Source: Chrysomallon squamiferum (taxonomy: Eukaryota > Animalia > Mollusca). Taken from it: a DNA stretch of 64,000 nucleotides. A model generated the notes under the pieces. The model made no database searches and was not told the DNA's origin. It saw only the letters and a program-made list of their open reading frames with translations. Where the stretch lies: positions 3,348,001-3,412,000 of the forward strand of contig CM022666.1 in assembly GCA_012295275.1 (NCBI GenBank), read 5' to 3'. Positions 1-15,894 of this stretch are shown here, one piece after another (the first letter of the stretch is position 1; every line of letters begins with the position of its first letter). Both the position numbers and the translations under genes were made by a program.

Positions 1-609
1 GAGAGAAAGAAAGAGAGTGGAGGAGAGGAATATACACTGAGTGATAAAAAGAAAGAAAGAAAGAATAAGAGACAGATGGCGAAAAAGAAGAAGAAGAAAC
101 AAACAGAGAGAGAGTACAATGAATTGATATTAAAAAAAAAAAAGGGAACTTTTTAAAATTAAATTTTGATTAGGCTTATTTGTTTGCTACGGTTTTTCGT
201 AAACTTAAAATTTGTTTATATATTTATTTATTTTTTATTGTTTAAATTATTTCCTTTTATTTATTCTGTTTTATTTATTTATCTTTTTTATTATGCAGGA
301 ATTTTTCTCAATTGATATATATATATATATATATATATTATTTATTTATTTTTTTTTTATTTATATTTATATATTTATTTATTTATTTATTTGTTTGTTT
401 GTTTATTTGTTTGTTCGTTTGTTTGTTTGTTTCTTTCTTTACCTATTTATTTATTTATTTTTGTTTATTTATCTTATGTTGGCATTTTGAGTACTTTTTC
501 TAAACGAAATGAAAATAACAGATGTATACATTTGTTAAATTCTGAAATTGTTTAAAATTGTTTTGTGTTTGAAAATTAATTAGACTGTATATATATCTAT
601 AGGAAAAAT

Positions 610-679
<70 letters not shown>

Positions 680-3600
680 AAGAGAGAGAGAGAGACTCAC
701 TAAAAAAGTAATGTAACAAACTGCAGTTGATAAAAATCAAGTCTCGCAAAATAACGTCTTCTCCCGCCGAGATGAGAAGAGACCCCCCTCCCAAGCGGAG
801 ATCTTCAGTTTCTATTAATCTGTGAGCTGCTCGAAGTAAACACGGTAACCCGACACCCGTTCTGACTGCTTCGCGCGTTTCTTTGAAACGTCAGCGGCGA
901 TGGAAACCGGCATTTCATATTCCGACGTCGACGGAAAAACGGAGAGACCGTAGCGTTAAAACTGCATAAAGCATTGCGGAGATAATGAATTTTGACAAGT
1001 TCGTTTGCTCGGCTCTTTGCAAACGTCTGTTTGAGTTGGCATGAACAAGACATTAGCTGCTAAATTATTATCAAAATATTTTTTTTTTTTTTTTTTTTTT
1101 TTTTAAATGATTTAGGTGTGTATATACACATATTATATATATATCTGTAGAATGGGATACAGTGCGGACACAAAAATCGAGAAAGAAAAAGGAGTGGTGG
1201 TTATTTTTGGGGTTTTTAAGGCGTGAAGAAGGTACTGGGAATAAGTTCCGAGCGTATAGTGTAATGTAATGTAATGTAATGTAATGTAATATAATATAAT
1301 ATAATATAATATAATATAATATAATATAATGTAATGTAATGTAATATAATATAATGTAATGTAATGTAATATAATTTATTAAACCAGATAATTCAATGCA
1401 AAAATTAACATCTACATAGACAGAGAAAGTTAGATAGATAGATAGAGAGATAGACAGATAGATAGATAGATAGATAGACAGATAGCTAGATAGATATAAT
1501 ACATGCTGATTAAATATTAAACAGTTAACATCAAAACTAAGTAAATGGTTATAATTTATACTCCCTCCCCCTTCTCTTCCGCCCTCCCTCATACATCAGT
1601 AACCAACCATTATTATTATTATTATTACTATTATTATCATCATCAATATTATTATTATTATTATTACTACTACTGTTATTATCATCATTATTATTATTAT
1701 TACTACTACTACTATTATTACTATTATTATTATTTTCATTTTTTAAATATTATTTTCATTTTTATTATCATTATCATTATTATTATATTTTTTTTCTTAG
1801 GCTCGGTTAGTTTTTTTTTTTAAAATTTTATTTGTAAATCTGATACTTCTCATGTTAAACGCTATAGCGTTACCATCTTGTTTGGCTGAGACACGAAGCC
1901 ATTGTTCCGAGGCATGTAATAATTTTTCATTCGGCAACTCGCGCGTATATATGTCAGAAGAAAAAGGCCCCAGAAAGACGTGTAGATTATAATTGATGGT
2001 ATGAGAGGGTTTTTTTTTTTGTATACATGTGTGGGAAAGAGGCGAAGAATAATAATAACGATAATGAAACGAGTAAGATTTCTTTTCTTTCTAAAGAGTA
2101 TACATTAATCTCAAAGGTGTAAATACTGCCGAGTCTTTTGTACCTATTCTAATTCAAACAGAACAACAAGAAGATGAATGGAATCATTTTGCCAGTCCAG
2201 TGAAATTTAATTGCTTCTTAGACAGTCTTTTTTTTTTTTTTTTTCTTTTCGTTCTTTTCTTTCGTATTTTTGAGTGTATTGTGTAGAGAGTATCTGATAC
2301 AGCCCAGACGGAACGTCACTGACTCGTCACGTGACGTATTTGCTGCGGGCCTGTTACCCGATCCTGCTGCACGCGCTTGCCGCCGTTTGTCAACGTAAAC
2401 AATAGGGGAGATAATTGGAATTGCAAACTGGTAGGCGACACTCCATAGATGGCGATTTCATTGTCAGACGACGTTGGAAGGTAAACAAGAAGAAAATAGC
2501 AGGGACACAAGTCACCACCCTCCCCGTTTTTCACACTATACCCCCTCCCAGGTCCTCTTCCCTGTGATCTTTAAGCGGAAAAAAAAAAAAAAAAAAAAAA
2601 AATAAAAAATAAAAAAAGGACCGCAGTCGATTTATTCGTACCAGCATCTGTGAACTAGGGCTTACTTCAAAATGTGCCACGATTGAAAATAAAAATTCAT
2701 CACGTCGTGTTTTCAATCAGATCCGAGAAATTTAATATGTTTTTTCATTTCTCGGGTTTCACTTCTGGTAATTCTTCCAGTGAGTAAAATAACATCGTGG
2801 TCGCTAGGATGTGTACAGCGACATGGATTTTTAAACGTTATTTTTGCATGTCGTTAATTTTAATTTTTCTTGCTGTCGTTGCTGTTGTTGTTGTTGTTAT
2901 TGTTGCTGCTCCTGTTGTTATGTCGTAATAAATAAATACAGAAGCTACTAGAATAGAAAAACGCATTCTCTATTTTACTCTCTCACGTTACCTACTCACC
3001 TACCGACCTGTCTGTCTCTCTGATTGTCTGTTTGTCTGTCTGTCTATATAGTTTTCTCTCTCACTCTGGTTGTCAGACAAAGCATGAAATCGAAAGAAGT
3101 AATGAACAGTACGTTAAATGCTAAGGAATAACTAAATTTCTTATTACCAGAAATATGAATTATTATTATTATTATTAAAGACTCTTCTTTGACGAAAGCA
3201 CCTACAGTATCCTGTATATATTTTGCTAGACCGAGAAATAAGAAAATCAGTAGCAATTTAGTTACAAAAGAACACATTCAACGAATTTCGCAAGTAAAAT
3301 CTGCTTGTAAAAACAACAGCAAAAACTTTTGCTCACGAAATCTGTTGTTCGGCAATTTTCGTCAGACACCGTCAATCTTCGCCCTTTAAAAAAAAAAAAA
3401 AAAAAAAAAAAAAGTAATAATAATAATAATAATAATAATAATATTTCCTTTGTTCCACTGCGGTGATTTCTTAATTGTACGGTGGGTGACAGATTACAAA
3501 CAAAGACCGTACGACGAAGATATCGGGTTACCGTAAATTACCGGGCCATCGCGAAAACTCATTCGGAATATTACGGTACTCATCAACAAACATAATTACC

Positions 3601-4555
3601 TAAGGGGGCATTTTCGGCGTCTTTGATTGGAAAATGAGTCGCGTACCGCTCGCACGTGCACGCTAAACGCCCTGCGCGAGCGCGGATCTATTTCATTTTT
3701 GCCTCGCAAAGCCGTCGTTGGAAGATTTGTTAAACAGGACGCTGAGATCCATTTGGAAATTGACGTCTTCTTTCATGGCTTCGCTTCACGAACTTAACAA
3801 ATAAAATTCCGTTATGTACTTGTAAATGTGATAATTAAAGATGGAACATTAAAAAAAATACATGTTATTTATTTTATCCCTCTTTATGGGGTGTACCGAA
3901 CATGTTTGATTTATTTCCATCGTTTTAATGGGACACAGAAATTATCTTGAATTAGTGGAGTTACAATATTCCGTACCTTATCTCGACATTTTAAGAAATA
4001 TGTATCTTTTTTTTTTTTTTTTTTTTTTTTATCAGATCTAGATATAATGTTACATAGGATATTTGGACGTTAAGAAATAAATGTAATTTATTTTTCCTTT
4101 ATCTGAAGTAGTTCTCTGTTTCGCATCATTCTGTAGAAATGTATTATAGGAAACTTGTCATCCGTTGTATTCTGTTGTAGATAAATATTTCATTTTATAC
4201 TTCCGTGGATTAAACTGAAACTGAATTTAAATAAAATAAAAAATAACATAAATAAATAAATAAATAAATAGTTTTTCTTCATTTTTAACAACTATTCTTT
4301 AATTCTTTGCTCAGCACAATTTATAAAGCAAATACGAAGTAAATATATATATCGAGAAATTCCCGTATTGATTTTATCATCATATTTATTTATTTATTTG
4401 TTTGTTGTTTGTTTGTTTAACACGTTATATGTATTTAAATGTTCAATTGCTTACTTACAACATATAAGCATGCAACTTATTTATTTTTTATATAACAAAA
4501 TAAGTATATATAGAGCAAAGATTCAGCTATACAAAATATGAACATTTTATATATT

Positions 4556-4589
<34 letters not shown>

Positions 4590-4647
4590 TGCATGTATAT
4601 ATGTATGTGTGTGTGTTTATTTAATTATTTATTTATTTATTTTGGCA

Positions 4648-4682
<35 letters not shown>

Positions 4683-5904
4683 TTCTGTTACTTGCTTGCA
4701 AAATAAATTATGACAAACTCTGCGATATCCAGATCTTGACCAATCGTTTTTCTAATTCATCATTCTGTCTAGATTGAGACGCTCGCCATTTGCAATATCA
4801 AGACATTCCGATAAAGGGCGATAACTCATGTCATATCTGTTGTCGACTGATACCCATAAGCGATATAAAGCGACACGTAGCGTCAATTACGATATCAGTC
4901 TGTCGCAATGGCGGCCCGTTGAAGAAGAGAAAGACAGAAATTCACTGTTTTCCAAATATCTCAAAAGATGAGAGAAATAAAGTTTCTTGAAGTGTTTTTC
5001 GAGAAATTTAATAGTTAGAGACGTTGCGAAGTTTAAATCATGTTATGATGAAGTGCTCACGTCGAAATGTAAAAAATATACTTTGAAATGTTTGTATGAA
5101 TTTTGTTCCTCCTAAATTATAGTGCATATAAATTTTTTTTTTATGAAATATTTACTGTCATATTTGTGTTTTAAGTCGTAAATAAATATATAAATAACCT
5201 TGAGTAATAAAATAATAAAATATTGTTCTTTTTTAAATTTGTTTTTGTTGTTTTTATTGTTATCATGGTTGTTGTTGTTGTTATTATTATTATTACTACT
5301 ATTATCATTATTATTATTATTGTTATTATTATTATTATTATTATTACTATTATTATTATTCTTATTATTGTTATTCTTCTTCTTCTTCTTCTTCTTATTA
5401 TTATTATTACTATTACTACCACTACTACTATTATTATTATTATTATTATTACTATTACTATTATTATTATTATTATTACGAAGAAACAGTAATAGCAAAG
5501 AAAACACCCCCAAAATAACAACGAAATAATAACAAATTAAAAAAAAAGATACAAAATCAGGCATTCATTTTGTAGTGTTTTTATTAATCAGAAACATGTT
5601 TTATTTTATGAACGTACAAATATCGTCAATTTTTTTTTTTTTTTTTTTTTTTATTTTGTTTCGGGAGATGTCACTGGTCGACAGAGCTGATATTTAATGG
5701 CGCAGATTTCACTCTTTATGGCCCATTCAGTGACTCGATCCCCCCGCCGCGCACTGCTGCACAGCTGTCCTCCAGGGAAGCGCAGATTTTCATTCTCGAC
5801 TTTAAAAACGATTTATTCTCGAATCGTCACGTCAGCTCCACGCTGGGGCTTCAACGCTTTTATTGCTCGTAGCATATTTACAAATACGTCCGAGTCTCTG
5901 TAAC

Positions 5905-6059
5905 TCTCTCTGTCTGTCTGTCTCAGTCTCTGTCTCTCTCTCTGTCTCTCTCTGTCTGTCTCTCTGTCTCTCTGTCTGTCTCTCTTTCTCTCTCTCTCTG
6001 TCTCTCTGTCTCTCTCTCAGGCTCTCGCTCTGTGTTTCTCTCTCTGTCTGTCTGTCTGG

Positions 6060-6091
<32 letters not shown>

Positions 6092-6115
6092 GTCTCTCTC
6101 TCTCTCTCGCTCTCC

Positions 6116-6193
<78 letters not shown>

Positions 6194-6200
6194 CTCTGAT

Positions 6201-6232
<32 letters not shown>
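5905..6232. repeat. Compound (CT)n/(CTGT)n microsatellite, one example of many GA/CT tracts
   Basis: Seen directly; similar tracts near 610, 7822, 10642, 11173, 13297, 26296, 27221, 27439, 28061, 28427 and 54335. Confidence 0.95.
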
Positions 6233-6871
6233 ACCTTCCCCCCCCCACACACACTTCCAGTCTTTCCCTTCCCATACAACACCCGGCCCATCTTTTCATC
6301 GATCACAGATACTTCAGTGAGCGTCATAATGGGTGGACCCTGGGGTTGTGAGGGATGGGTCGGTGTGGGGGGTGAATGGACATTTGGCATTAAGCAGACG
6401 AACATTTTGCATAAGGTTTCGGCCGTGTTGGGCCGTAAAACTGCAAACAATGGGACAAGAGTGAACGATTAACCGCCAGGACTGGGAATAAAAACAACAG
6501 GACACCGGAAAGTATATTAATAAAATATCTTGTTAAAACGTGAGAGCGGTTAACAACGTCATACCGACAACCAACAAGGGCGTTGTGGCAGCTCCGATTT
6601 TACGGCCGTAGACATTTATGATGGCGTTTAATTGTGGATATATCTATTTTTATTTTTTTTTTATTTTTTTTTGGACTTTCTTTTATTGCTTCTTCTCAGT
6701 CTGTAAAGATCATGAATATTTAATTTATGTTAATTATCCCACTGCGTAAGTTCAGAGGTAAACAAGAAGTTGTTTTGATAAATGTGTTGACATTTAAGTC
6801 TAATAAAATAAATGAATGACTGTGTAAATAGATAAATAGATAAATAAATGAAATAAAATAAAATGAAATGA

Positions 6872-6903
<32 letters not shown>

Positions 6904-7819
6904 CAGAAAGAAGGAAAGGAAAAAAGAAAAAATAAATGAATACGTAACTAATAAACAAACAAGTAAATCAACAACAACAACAACAACAACAATAATAATA
7001 ATAATAATAATAATAATAAACAATAATAAACAGTAATAAAAATAATTAATAAACAAACAAACTTCATAAATAAATAAATGAATAAATAAATAAATAAATA
7101 AATAAATAAATTAATAATATTTGTATCTGTTATCTTTTCATGGAAGATCTAACAACTGAGAAACAAATTCGGTCACTGGCGTGAGATTGGAATTACCAGG
7201 TGAAAAGTAAAGTTGAAAAATGTCACATTTTTATTGTCGTTTTATTTTGTTTCATAGCGAGTTCGATTTACTAAGGACAGATAGTTCATAGTTTACTTTT
7301 TTATATATATTCATTGAAACAAGAAATTATTTTATTTTATTTTATTTTATTTTATTATTTTTTATTTTTTTTTTTATTATTATTTTTATTCTTTTATTGA
7401 TTTATTTACTTATTTTTTTTTTATTATTTATGTATATCTTCTTATTTTTTATTTTAGTTTTTCTTATTCTACTCTATTTATTTATTCACTAACTTACTTA
7501 ATTTAATTTAATTTAATTTAATTTTATTTTATTTGTTATTATCCATTAAATTTTGCTATCGGTATAACAGAAATTTCCACTTTTTCTTCAACTTTTAAAG
7601 TTATTTCTTAAATACGTTTTGTGCTTTGAAGACAAATGAACTTTTATTTGTATCGTTATTTCTGTTTCTTTAATATGTATTTTGAGACAAAATAAAAAGG
7701 ATCAGAATAGTGCAGATAATGAAGAAAAAATTAAAAAAATGAAAACACTTTGAGAGAGAAAGAAAGAAGCAAGAGAGGCAAATAAAGAATAAGTATGTGA
7801 GTATGATTACGTGGATTAC

Positions 7820-7935
<116 letters not shown>

Positions 7936-8689
7936 CATTTTCGTACATATCACTTACCAAGTGAAAAACACAATGACGGCAAGCTGTTTAATTTGATGCA
8001 TATATCAAGCAAAGCGTTTATTATCCACTTCAGCAGAAAATAAATTTGTTTGAAAACCCTTAAAGGTATTATCACTTTAAACACGGGCACAAAGAGAACA
8101 CTGGGCTTCAGAAGGGTTAATGTGTTCTCTATGTACGTAATCGTCTAATGTTCTTTAATAAAAAAAAGATTTCGTTAAACAACCAAATTGTGTCTTACAG
8201 GAAAGCCAGTCTCTTTGTGCTGTTAATCAGGTAGTTTTCAAACACTCTGCCAGAGGGCAGGTGACTTCGAATGACGTCATTCAAAGGGACCGATAGGTCG
8301 CGGGGAATGGAAATTAAATTAAATGTTTCCATGTCTACATCATTTGAATGAAGCCTAAATTTACGACCTTTTTTTTTTTAAAACATTTTATAGCTCTTTT
8401 TTTCCTTTCTTTCTTTCTTTTCTTCTTTCTGTCATTCATTCTTCTTCGTCGTCTTTTTTTTCTTTATCTTCATATTCTTCTGATTCTGATTCTTATTTTT
8501 TTTCTCAGGAGTTTGGGGACATTGTTTTATTTATTTTTTGGGGGGTACTGAGCGATTTTGAAAAATCCTTTGAAAGAATGACAAGAATTGTATTCTTAAT
8601 TATAAAGCTTTTGGTGTTTTTGTTTTTAAGGATCATTTAATGTATAGTTTGAAAGTGAAGAACTAATGTGTAGTCAGTTCTTTTATATC

Positions 8690-8770
8690 GCTCCAACATG
8701 CACCAAGCAATAACACGGGATTTACTATCCATGGGAAGGTGAACATCGAAATTTACTTGTTGCTAATTTT
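8690..8770 (+). mobile_element. Very degenerate remnant of the same SINE core
   Basis: TACTATCCATGGGAAGGTGAACATCGAAATTTACTTGTTGCTAAT aligns loosely with 59935-59980 (shared ATGGGAAGGT and TTGCT). Confidence 0.3.
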
Positions 8771-9691
8771 TACCACTATCCATTTGGAGTAACGAACGTG
8801 TGTGTTTTTGGTTTCGTTTAATAAAAATTTAAGATGAAAAAAATAAAATTAAATTAAAGTAAGTAATAAGTAAATAAAAACAAATAAACAAATAAGTAAG
8901 TAAAAGAAAAAACAAGTAAAAAAAAAGAAATAACAAAATAACAAAACAAGAAAAACAACCCGAGACAAAGACAATAAACAAAAATAAAAATAAACTGTGA
9001 GAATTACAGAAAGCTGAAGTTTCTCTTGTTTAAAATCCACCATTATTTATTTTTACGTCACTTTTAAGAGAAACAAACAATGGAAAATGAAGACATTTCA
9101 TGTCGACGTCTTTCTTATTCGTTTCATGTGTTTTTGAAATGAATAATCCCTTTCCCACCTTTTCGCGAATTACGTGCGATAACAATCGGTATATTACGGA
9201 CTAATCCGAACCCCGCCGGGCTGGAGATTGTCGGCAAAAGTCGGGTTAAATCGTCACGCCGGGGAATCGGGCATAACGCTGTATATTTCATCTTCATTTA
9301 ACGCTCCTAGGAAAACTTTCCCACGTCCATTTCGAGTGAAAAATGACAAAATTCTGGGTTTATTTCAATTTTACACTTGGCAATAACTGTCCGTTTTGTA
9401 TTAAATGGGTAGAGAATTTATTCAAAATTGCTTTTGATATGTTAATGCGATTTCTGGGATCTTACTAAGGAATGCGTGTGGAACGCATGGTTGGTTTTAG
9501 TAGTTTATGATTAAAGAAATAAATATATATATATATATGAAAACTGTGTTTATTTCTTAAATATTTTGTAAGATGTCAGTTTTGCCTTGAAATTAAAGAA
9601 ACTGACATCAGAATTTGATATGAAAATATAGTATGGTAGTAACAGTGGTAGTAGTGGTGGTGGTGGTGGTAGTAGTAGTAGTAGAGTAGTG

Positions 9692-9722
<31 letters not shown>

Positions 9723-10639
9723 AGAGAGACTTAAAATCTAATGAAACTTAAATATATAATCAGTCGTATAATGGTATTAAACAAATATGTTTCACACACA
9801 CACACACACACAAAAACACACAACACACACACAAAAAAACACACACACACTACACACATCATTAAAACAAAAAACAACAAAAAAACAACAAACAAACAAA
9901 CAAAACACCTTCTTCCAGTTGTATTCTAAATCACTTTTTTACCGCACCAACGAACAAAAGGCGCTTTGCGCTGTTTTAACAACAGACGAAGGTAAGGTTT
10001 TAGAAAAAAACACATTCTTCTTTTTTCACCTCCCTGTCATCAAACCTTACCTGCAACTGCCATTAATTAGTAGGTGTAACGTCGATTGGCCCATTTACTA
10101 TCTCCCACTGTTGATAAATACGTAAAAAAAAAAAAAAAAAAAACGAAAAAAAAAAACACCGATATATCATACGACGCCCCTTTCAAAAATTAAGCACTGC
10201 AAGGTACGTAATACCTGTCCCGCGGGGTGTAATTAATGCCCAGGTGTGAAGGATAAAAAGAAAAAGGTGTAGTATAATCATTGATGACAGTGTTAAACAT
10301 TTGCTTTTCGGGCGTAACAAGGGCTCAACAAAACAACACGAGGTCATAAAAAGGGGAGAACAAAAAAAAAAAAAAAAAAAAAAAAAATGCTGCCCCTGGT
10401 CATTTCAGGTAAAAAAAAAAAAAAAAAAAAGATAAAAAAATAAAAATGTGTAGACTCGTTGAATTAGGGTACCTTTTTTTTATATAAACATTAACCCTAC
10501 CCCCCCAACACACCATCACCGCCATTGTTTCATTTCTTTTAAAAGTATGTCATCATTACCTCTATCGGGAGATAGGGATACAGAGATAGAGATAGGAATG
10601 ATGATGCTAAACTCATTTAAAGTCTATGTTAATATATGT

Positions 10640-10763
<124 letters not shown>

Positions 10764-10834
10764 CTCCTCGTACTGAAGCGTTTTCATAAGCACGTATTAA
10801 ATGAAAAAATAAATACAGAATTTTTTTCATATTT

Positions 10835-11150
10835 CAAAATTTCAGAACTAAAAGCTCAACACTAATTCTTAAAACTCAATACTTAATGTCAGTTTTCAAT
10901 TTCAGATCCCAGAGATCAATACACTGTATTAGAACTCAAAAGCCTTGCTCAGAAGACAGTATTTAATCAGAATTCAATTCCACAATTCAGAACTCAAATT
11001 CAAAATGTAGTAATAAATCTCACAACTCAATATAAGAACTCAAAATGTCTAATATCTAAGATTAGGACTCAATCTCGGAACTCGGAACTCAATTCCAAAA
11101 CGAAGTACTCACACTCACGACTCACAAATCAGTCTCGCAAATCAAAATTA
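10835..11150. repeat. Degenerate short-period (about 7 bp, AACTCAR) array
   Basis: Repeated AGAACTCAA, AACTCGG and ACTCAC variants between two (CT/GA)n tracts. Confidence 0.6.
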
Positions 11151-11170
11151 AACATCTAAGATTATTAGAC

Positions 11171-11269
<99 letters not shown>

Positions 11270-12070
11270 GAGAGAGAGAGAGAGCAACGTCTTGCTGAGT
11301 TTCACAGACTGAGCCGACGTACGCGAGCACGTTTAAAGCGCATAGCGGGACATTTCGTCTGATTCCTTCCATCTTTGATCAAGAAATATCTTTGTTGACT
11401 TATGCACGCGCGAATTAAGCCCGTGCGGAGCGCGCGCGCTGTCGCTAGGCGCTCCCCTGGCGCGTGGACTATGGGTTTAGAAGATAGTATTTTGTCCGTG
11501 TGTATTTCATCTGTGTCCCGCGGGTCGGATCGCCCCGGGGGGTCATTATTCCTGACGGATACCAGTGCTACTGTAAATATCATTGGTCAAACTTGTTTAG
11601 TAAAGACACTCACCACTCGCCAGCGCGTGTTGCTATTGAAATATATATCAGAAATTGGCACTGTGAAATTTATAGCTGATTTTTATCTTGGAGGATATTT
11701 ACTGTGTTTGTTAACGGACAAGTAAATTAATTCGATTTACTTTTCTCGGTGCCGCGTGTGTTTTATATATGTTATATACACGTGTCCACTTGCACGTATC
11801 AGTTTTAGGTTCGGTCCACGCCTACTTGTGTTTTCTAAAATATTAAAATTAAAGATATTAAAATAATACGTGGAAATATGTTATTTTTTTTGTTGTTTGT
11901 TGTTGTTGATGGGGAAGTTTTTGCTTCTTGGTTTACAGGAGTTTTGTAATTTGAGTTTATTTTTTAGTTTGTTTTTGTTTTGTTGTTTCTGATATTTTTG
12001 CTTTTGACTGATTGATTGATTGATTTGTTTATTTATTTATTTATTTATTTTTTATTAATTCAGTGCCCAG

Positions 12071-12209
<139 letters not shown>

Positions 12210-13293
12210 ATTTCTATTTTCTATCTGTCTTACGTGCGTTTATCTATATATATATATTTATCTATCTATCTGTATACATGTTTACAAACACACATGTGTT
12301 TTTCTCTGCAAATAAAACTACCTTCAAATCTTTTTTTTTTTTTTTTTTTTACATTTTTGTTCCATATACATAAGAAAATTCGTCAGGCATTAAAGCATTC
12401 TTTCTGGAACTGAAGAAACATGGCAGGGGTCCAAGCGATTCTCTTTTTTTTTTTTTGTGCAATCGCGAAGAGCGGTATAACTTCAAGCCGTCAGGGGGAG
12501 GGCGTCCAGCCAATAAGACTATAAGCAACTGGGAACAACGACTCGCATTCTAATCCTCACAGAACGTAAAACCCGGCTTCCTAAGTGATAAATCTACAGG
12601 CCTTAAAAGCGAGAAAGGAAAGTGTCACCAGCTTCTAAAGACGGGCCAAAGCCTTCCTATTTTTTTTTTTTTTTTACTTTCGACACATCATTCTCGCCAC
12701 TAACAAGATGATGGAAGCAATAGCGACATTGAATTCGCTTCGAATTACTCCGATACGGTCATTACCGAACAGTCTCTTTATTCAAGTCGGAAACAATCCC
12801 GCGCCTAGTCGGAAATGAAGCCCGGGACAGTTCATTTCGCATGTCTATACCCAGAAGGCATTTCCGGTTCCGCTGAGGGAGCCATTTTAGTTGAAAGATG
12901 TTGACGGGCGAAGCTTTCTTGTGATCGATCTTTCGTTCTTCGCAGACGATTGGTCGGTTTGATCGAATCGGTCTTCTTCGTAAACGAACGTGAAAATTGC
13001 TTCGACGTTACTTCGCGAAGCGGAAAATAAATGGATGGCTTTTAAATGAAAATGTGTACAACGTTGTTTTTATCTTTATCTTTTTTCAGGAATCTGACGA
13101 CGACAAAAAGAAAGACTAATCATTCTTTTATTTTTATTTTTAATTTTTTTTTTTTTTTTTTCTGTAAGGATAAAGGAAATATATATTTATCTCTTCGATT
13201 TCTTTTCTTGACGTTCTCTTTATAACATTTCTCTCTCTTTCTCTCTGTCTATCGCTCTCTCACTCTATTTGTCTGTATAATATATATATATAG

Positions 13294-13404
<111 letters not shown>

Positions 13405-13815
13405 TTTCTCTCTCACTCTCTCTCATTCAGTCACCCATTCTCTATTATTTTGTCTCTTTGTCTTTCTATGTATCTATCTATCTATTTATCTAACTGTCTA
13501 TCCGTCTGTCTGTCTGTCTGTCTACCTCTCTCCCACTAATATTGTCTTGGGCAAATAACCCAGGATTCTGTAACATTGTTGAATCTAAATATATGTCAGA
13601 TGTTTGGCTGATTTATCCGTATGTTTTGATAATTCATTTTCATTGCAAGACTTTACATCGACTTGAATTAAACAGAAATTAAGTTTCAATCTATCAGCTA
13701 TTTAAAGGTCTTCTTTTCTTTCATTTTTAATACTTTTATCTTTGCATCTTTCTTATTTATGTCTCTCTTTCGATCTCTCGTTTTTCTTTTATTTATTTAT
13801 TTTTTATTACTATTA

Positions 13816-13846
<31 letters not shown>

Positions 13847-15894
13847 TTTATTTATTCATTTTTTATTATTATATATTTTATTATTATTATTTTAAGGATT
13901 TAAAAAGAATAAGCTTAAATCAGAAATTGCCATTAGATACCAAAATAGTTATTTATGGCGCAGAAATATTTTTTGAATTCAACATTAAATAAAATAAAGC
14001 GCGCCATTATAGCTTTGATCTCTCTGAAAATATAAATGCGTAAATTGAAGCAATTCTTCGCAGCACTGCTCAGCTGTCAATCATATCTTTATTAGACTTA
14101 TAAGGATATTAGTCTCTTATTACATTGTTTCGGGTGATTTGTTCGGGTAATGGAGCTATGGGTATTGCGGTTCAAATAATCTCCAAAGATTATTCAACTG
14201 GCAAAAAAAAAAAAAAAAAAAAAAAAATAAATAAACCGCTGAAGAAAAGAAAAATAAACGAAAAACTCTACGCAAGGGAGGTAATCTAATGAAATTAGTA
14301 CTTCAGATGTGCTAATGAATATTAACGACTTTTCATTCTGAGTGGATTTTTCTTTCTTTCTTTCTTTCTTTAAATTTCTATTCGGGGTAAAAAAAAAAAA
14401 AAAAAAAAATCATTTCCAATCGCAAGTCTAGGCGAGTCATTTTCCACCGGATTTCCGATATTACTAACCATTTCTTCGCCTGTTTCAAAAAAAAAAAAAA
14501 AAAGCCCCAAAAGCTTTTGTCGCGTGCAATTTCGCGCCATTTTTCACGCGACCCGTCCTCCATCTTGATCAGCCGTGGCACGTGCGGCTCAGTGTTGTGT
14601 TGATGTCGTAACCAGTGTTTATCAAATTCTAATTTTTATGGCATCCATCTTCATTCACCGGCTTGACGCTAGGACCTTTGAATTTCCTGCGTCTCTGCTA
14701 ATGCGATTTGCGTGGAGAATAAATTCAATAAAGGAGTTAATTTGGCAAAGACATTATCCCATATTAGTCCGCTGGTGAGCTTGTCTGTCTCAGAACGCTA
14801 GGGTAATTTTTATAGCCGCTGGAAAGACTAATGATTGTACCTGTATTTTATAATGCACGCTTTTCTTTTTTTTTTTTTTTCCCTTTTTTTTTTTTAGTTA
14901 TTCTTTTTTTTTTTTTTTTTTTTTTTTAATAAGAATGCGAGAGTTATAAAGTGAAGTAAACGTAATTTATTGTATTTAATGTTTATTTTTAACTGTAAAA
15001 AAAAAAAAAGAAAAAGAAGAAGAAAAAAGTGTTTTTTATGTTTTTTTCTTATTAGGTTAGCAGGGAAAGATTGGAAAATCGTTTAGTTGTTTATTTGTTT
15101 GTTTGTTTGTTTGTTTGTTTGTTTATTTATTTATTGTAATTATTTATATGGAAGCTAAGTTTTTCATTCTATTCCTTTTAACCATTCATCTTTCTCTTTC
15201 TTCGTCTATTTGTTTGTCTATCTGTCTAACTGTCTTTCTGTCTGTCTGTCTCTCTATCCATCCATCTTTTCATCCATCTACATGTATTTGTTTGCATGCG
15301 TGTTTGTGTTTAAATAAATGTCTTTATAACGGAACGTGTGTGTGTTTGTGTGTATGCGTGTCTGTGTGTATGTGTGTTTCTCTCGCTCTTTAAATATATC
15401 AATCCATTTACACAAAAAAAAAAAAAAATTAAAAAATCGCACAAACACAGACACACTAACATCTATACAAACAAACATACACAAAAACGGTTCACATGAC
15501 GGCACTGCAAACAACAGCCACCAACCATCACATCATCTTCTTACTAACCATTACAACTACTCCAAAGAAAAAAAAAAAAAAAAAATGCCATGCTTTTATT
15601 TATTTATTATTTTTAATTAGTTTGAGGATTTCTCTAAATATGTTTTTATTTCTCGGTCTGAGACGCGTGGATGATGACGTCGCTGACGAGGGAAAACCTC
15701 CTCGGGCACGACCACGTGGCTGACGTCTTCGGGGAATGGAGATTGTCACAGTATTATAAGCAAACGGTGATGAGAGTTTACGCCATATGTTACGACAGAC
15801 GTAAATTGAGTCGTGTCTTGTTAAACTGTGGCGGTTTAAAAATTGTATGTCAAAATTCATAATAATTTTACTCATTCATGTTTGTTTGTGAATG

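Noticed and set aside
11650-11680. ATTGGCACTGTGAAATTTATAGC resembling the miR-96/183 family seed
   Set aside because: Only the seed matches and I see no downstream star arm forming a pre-miRNA hairpin.
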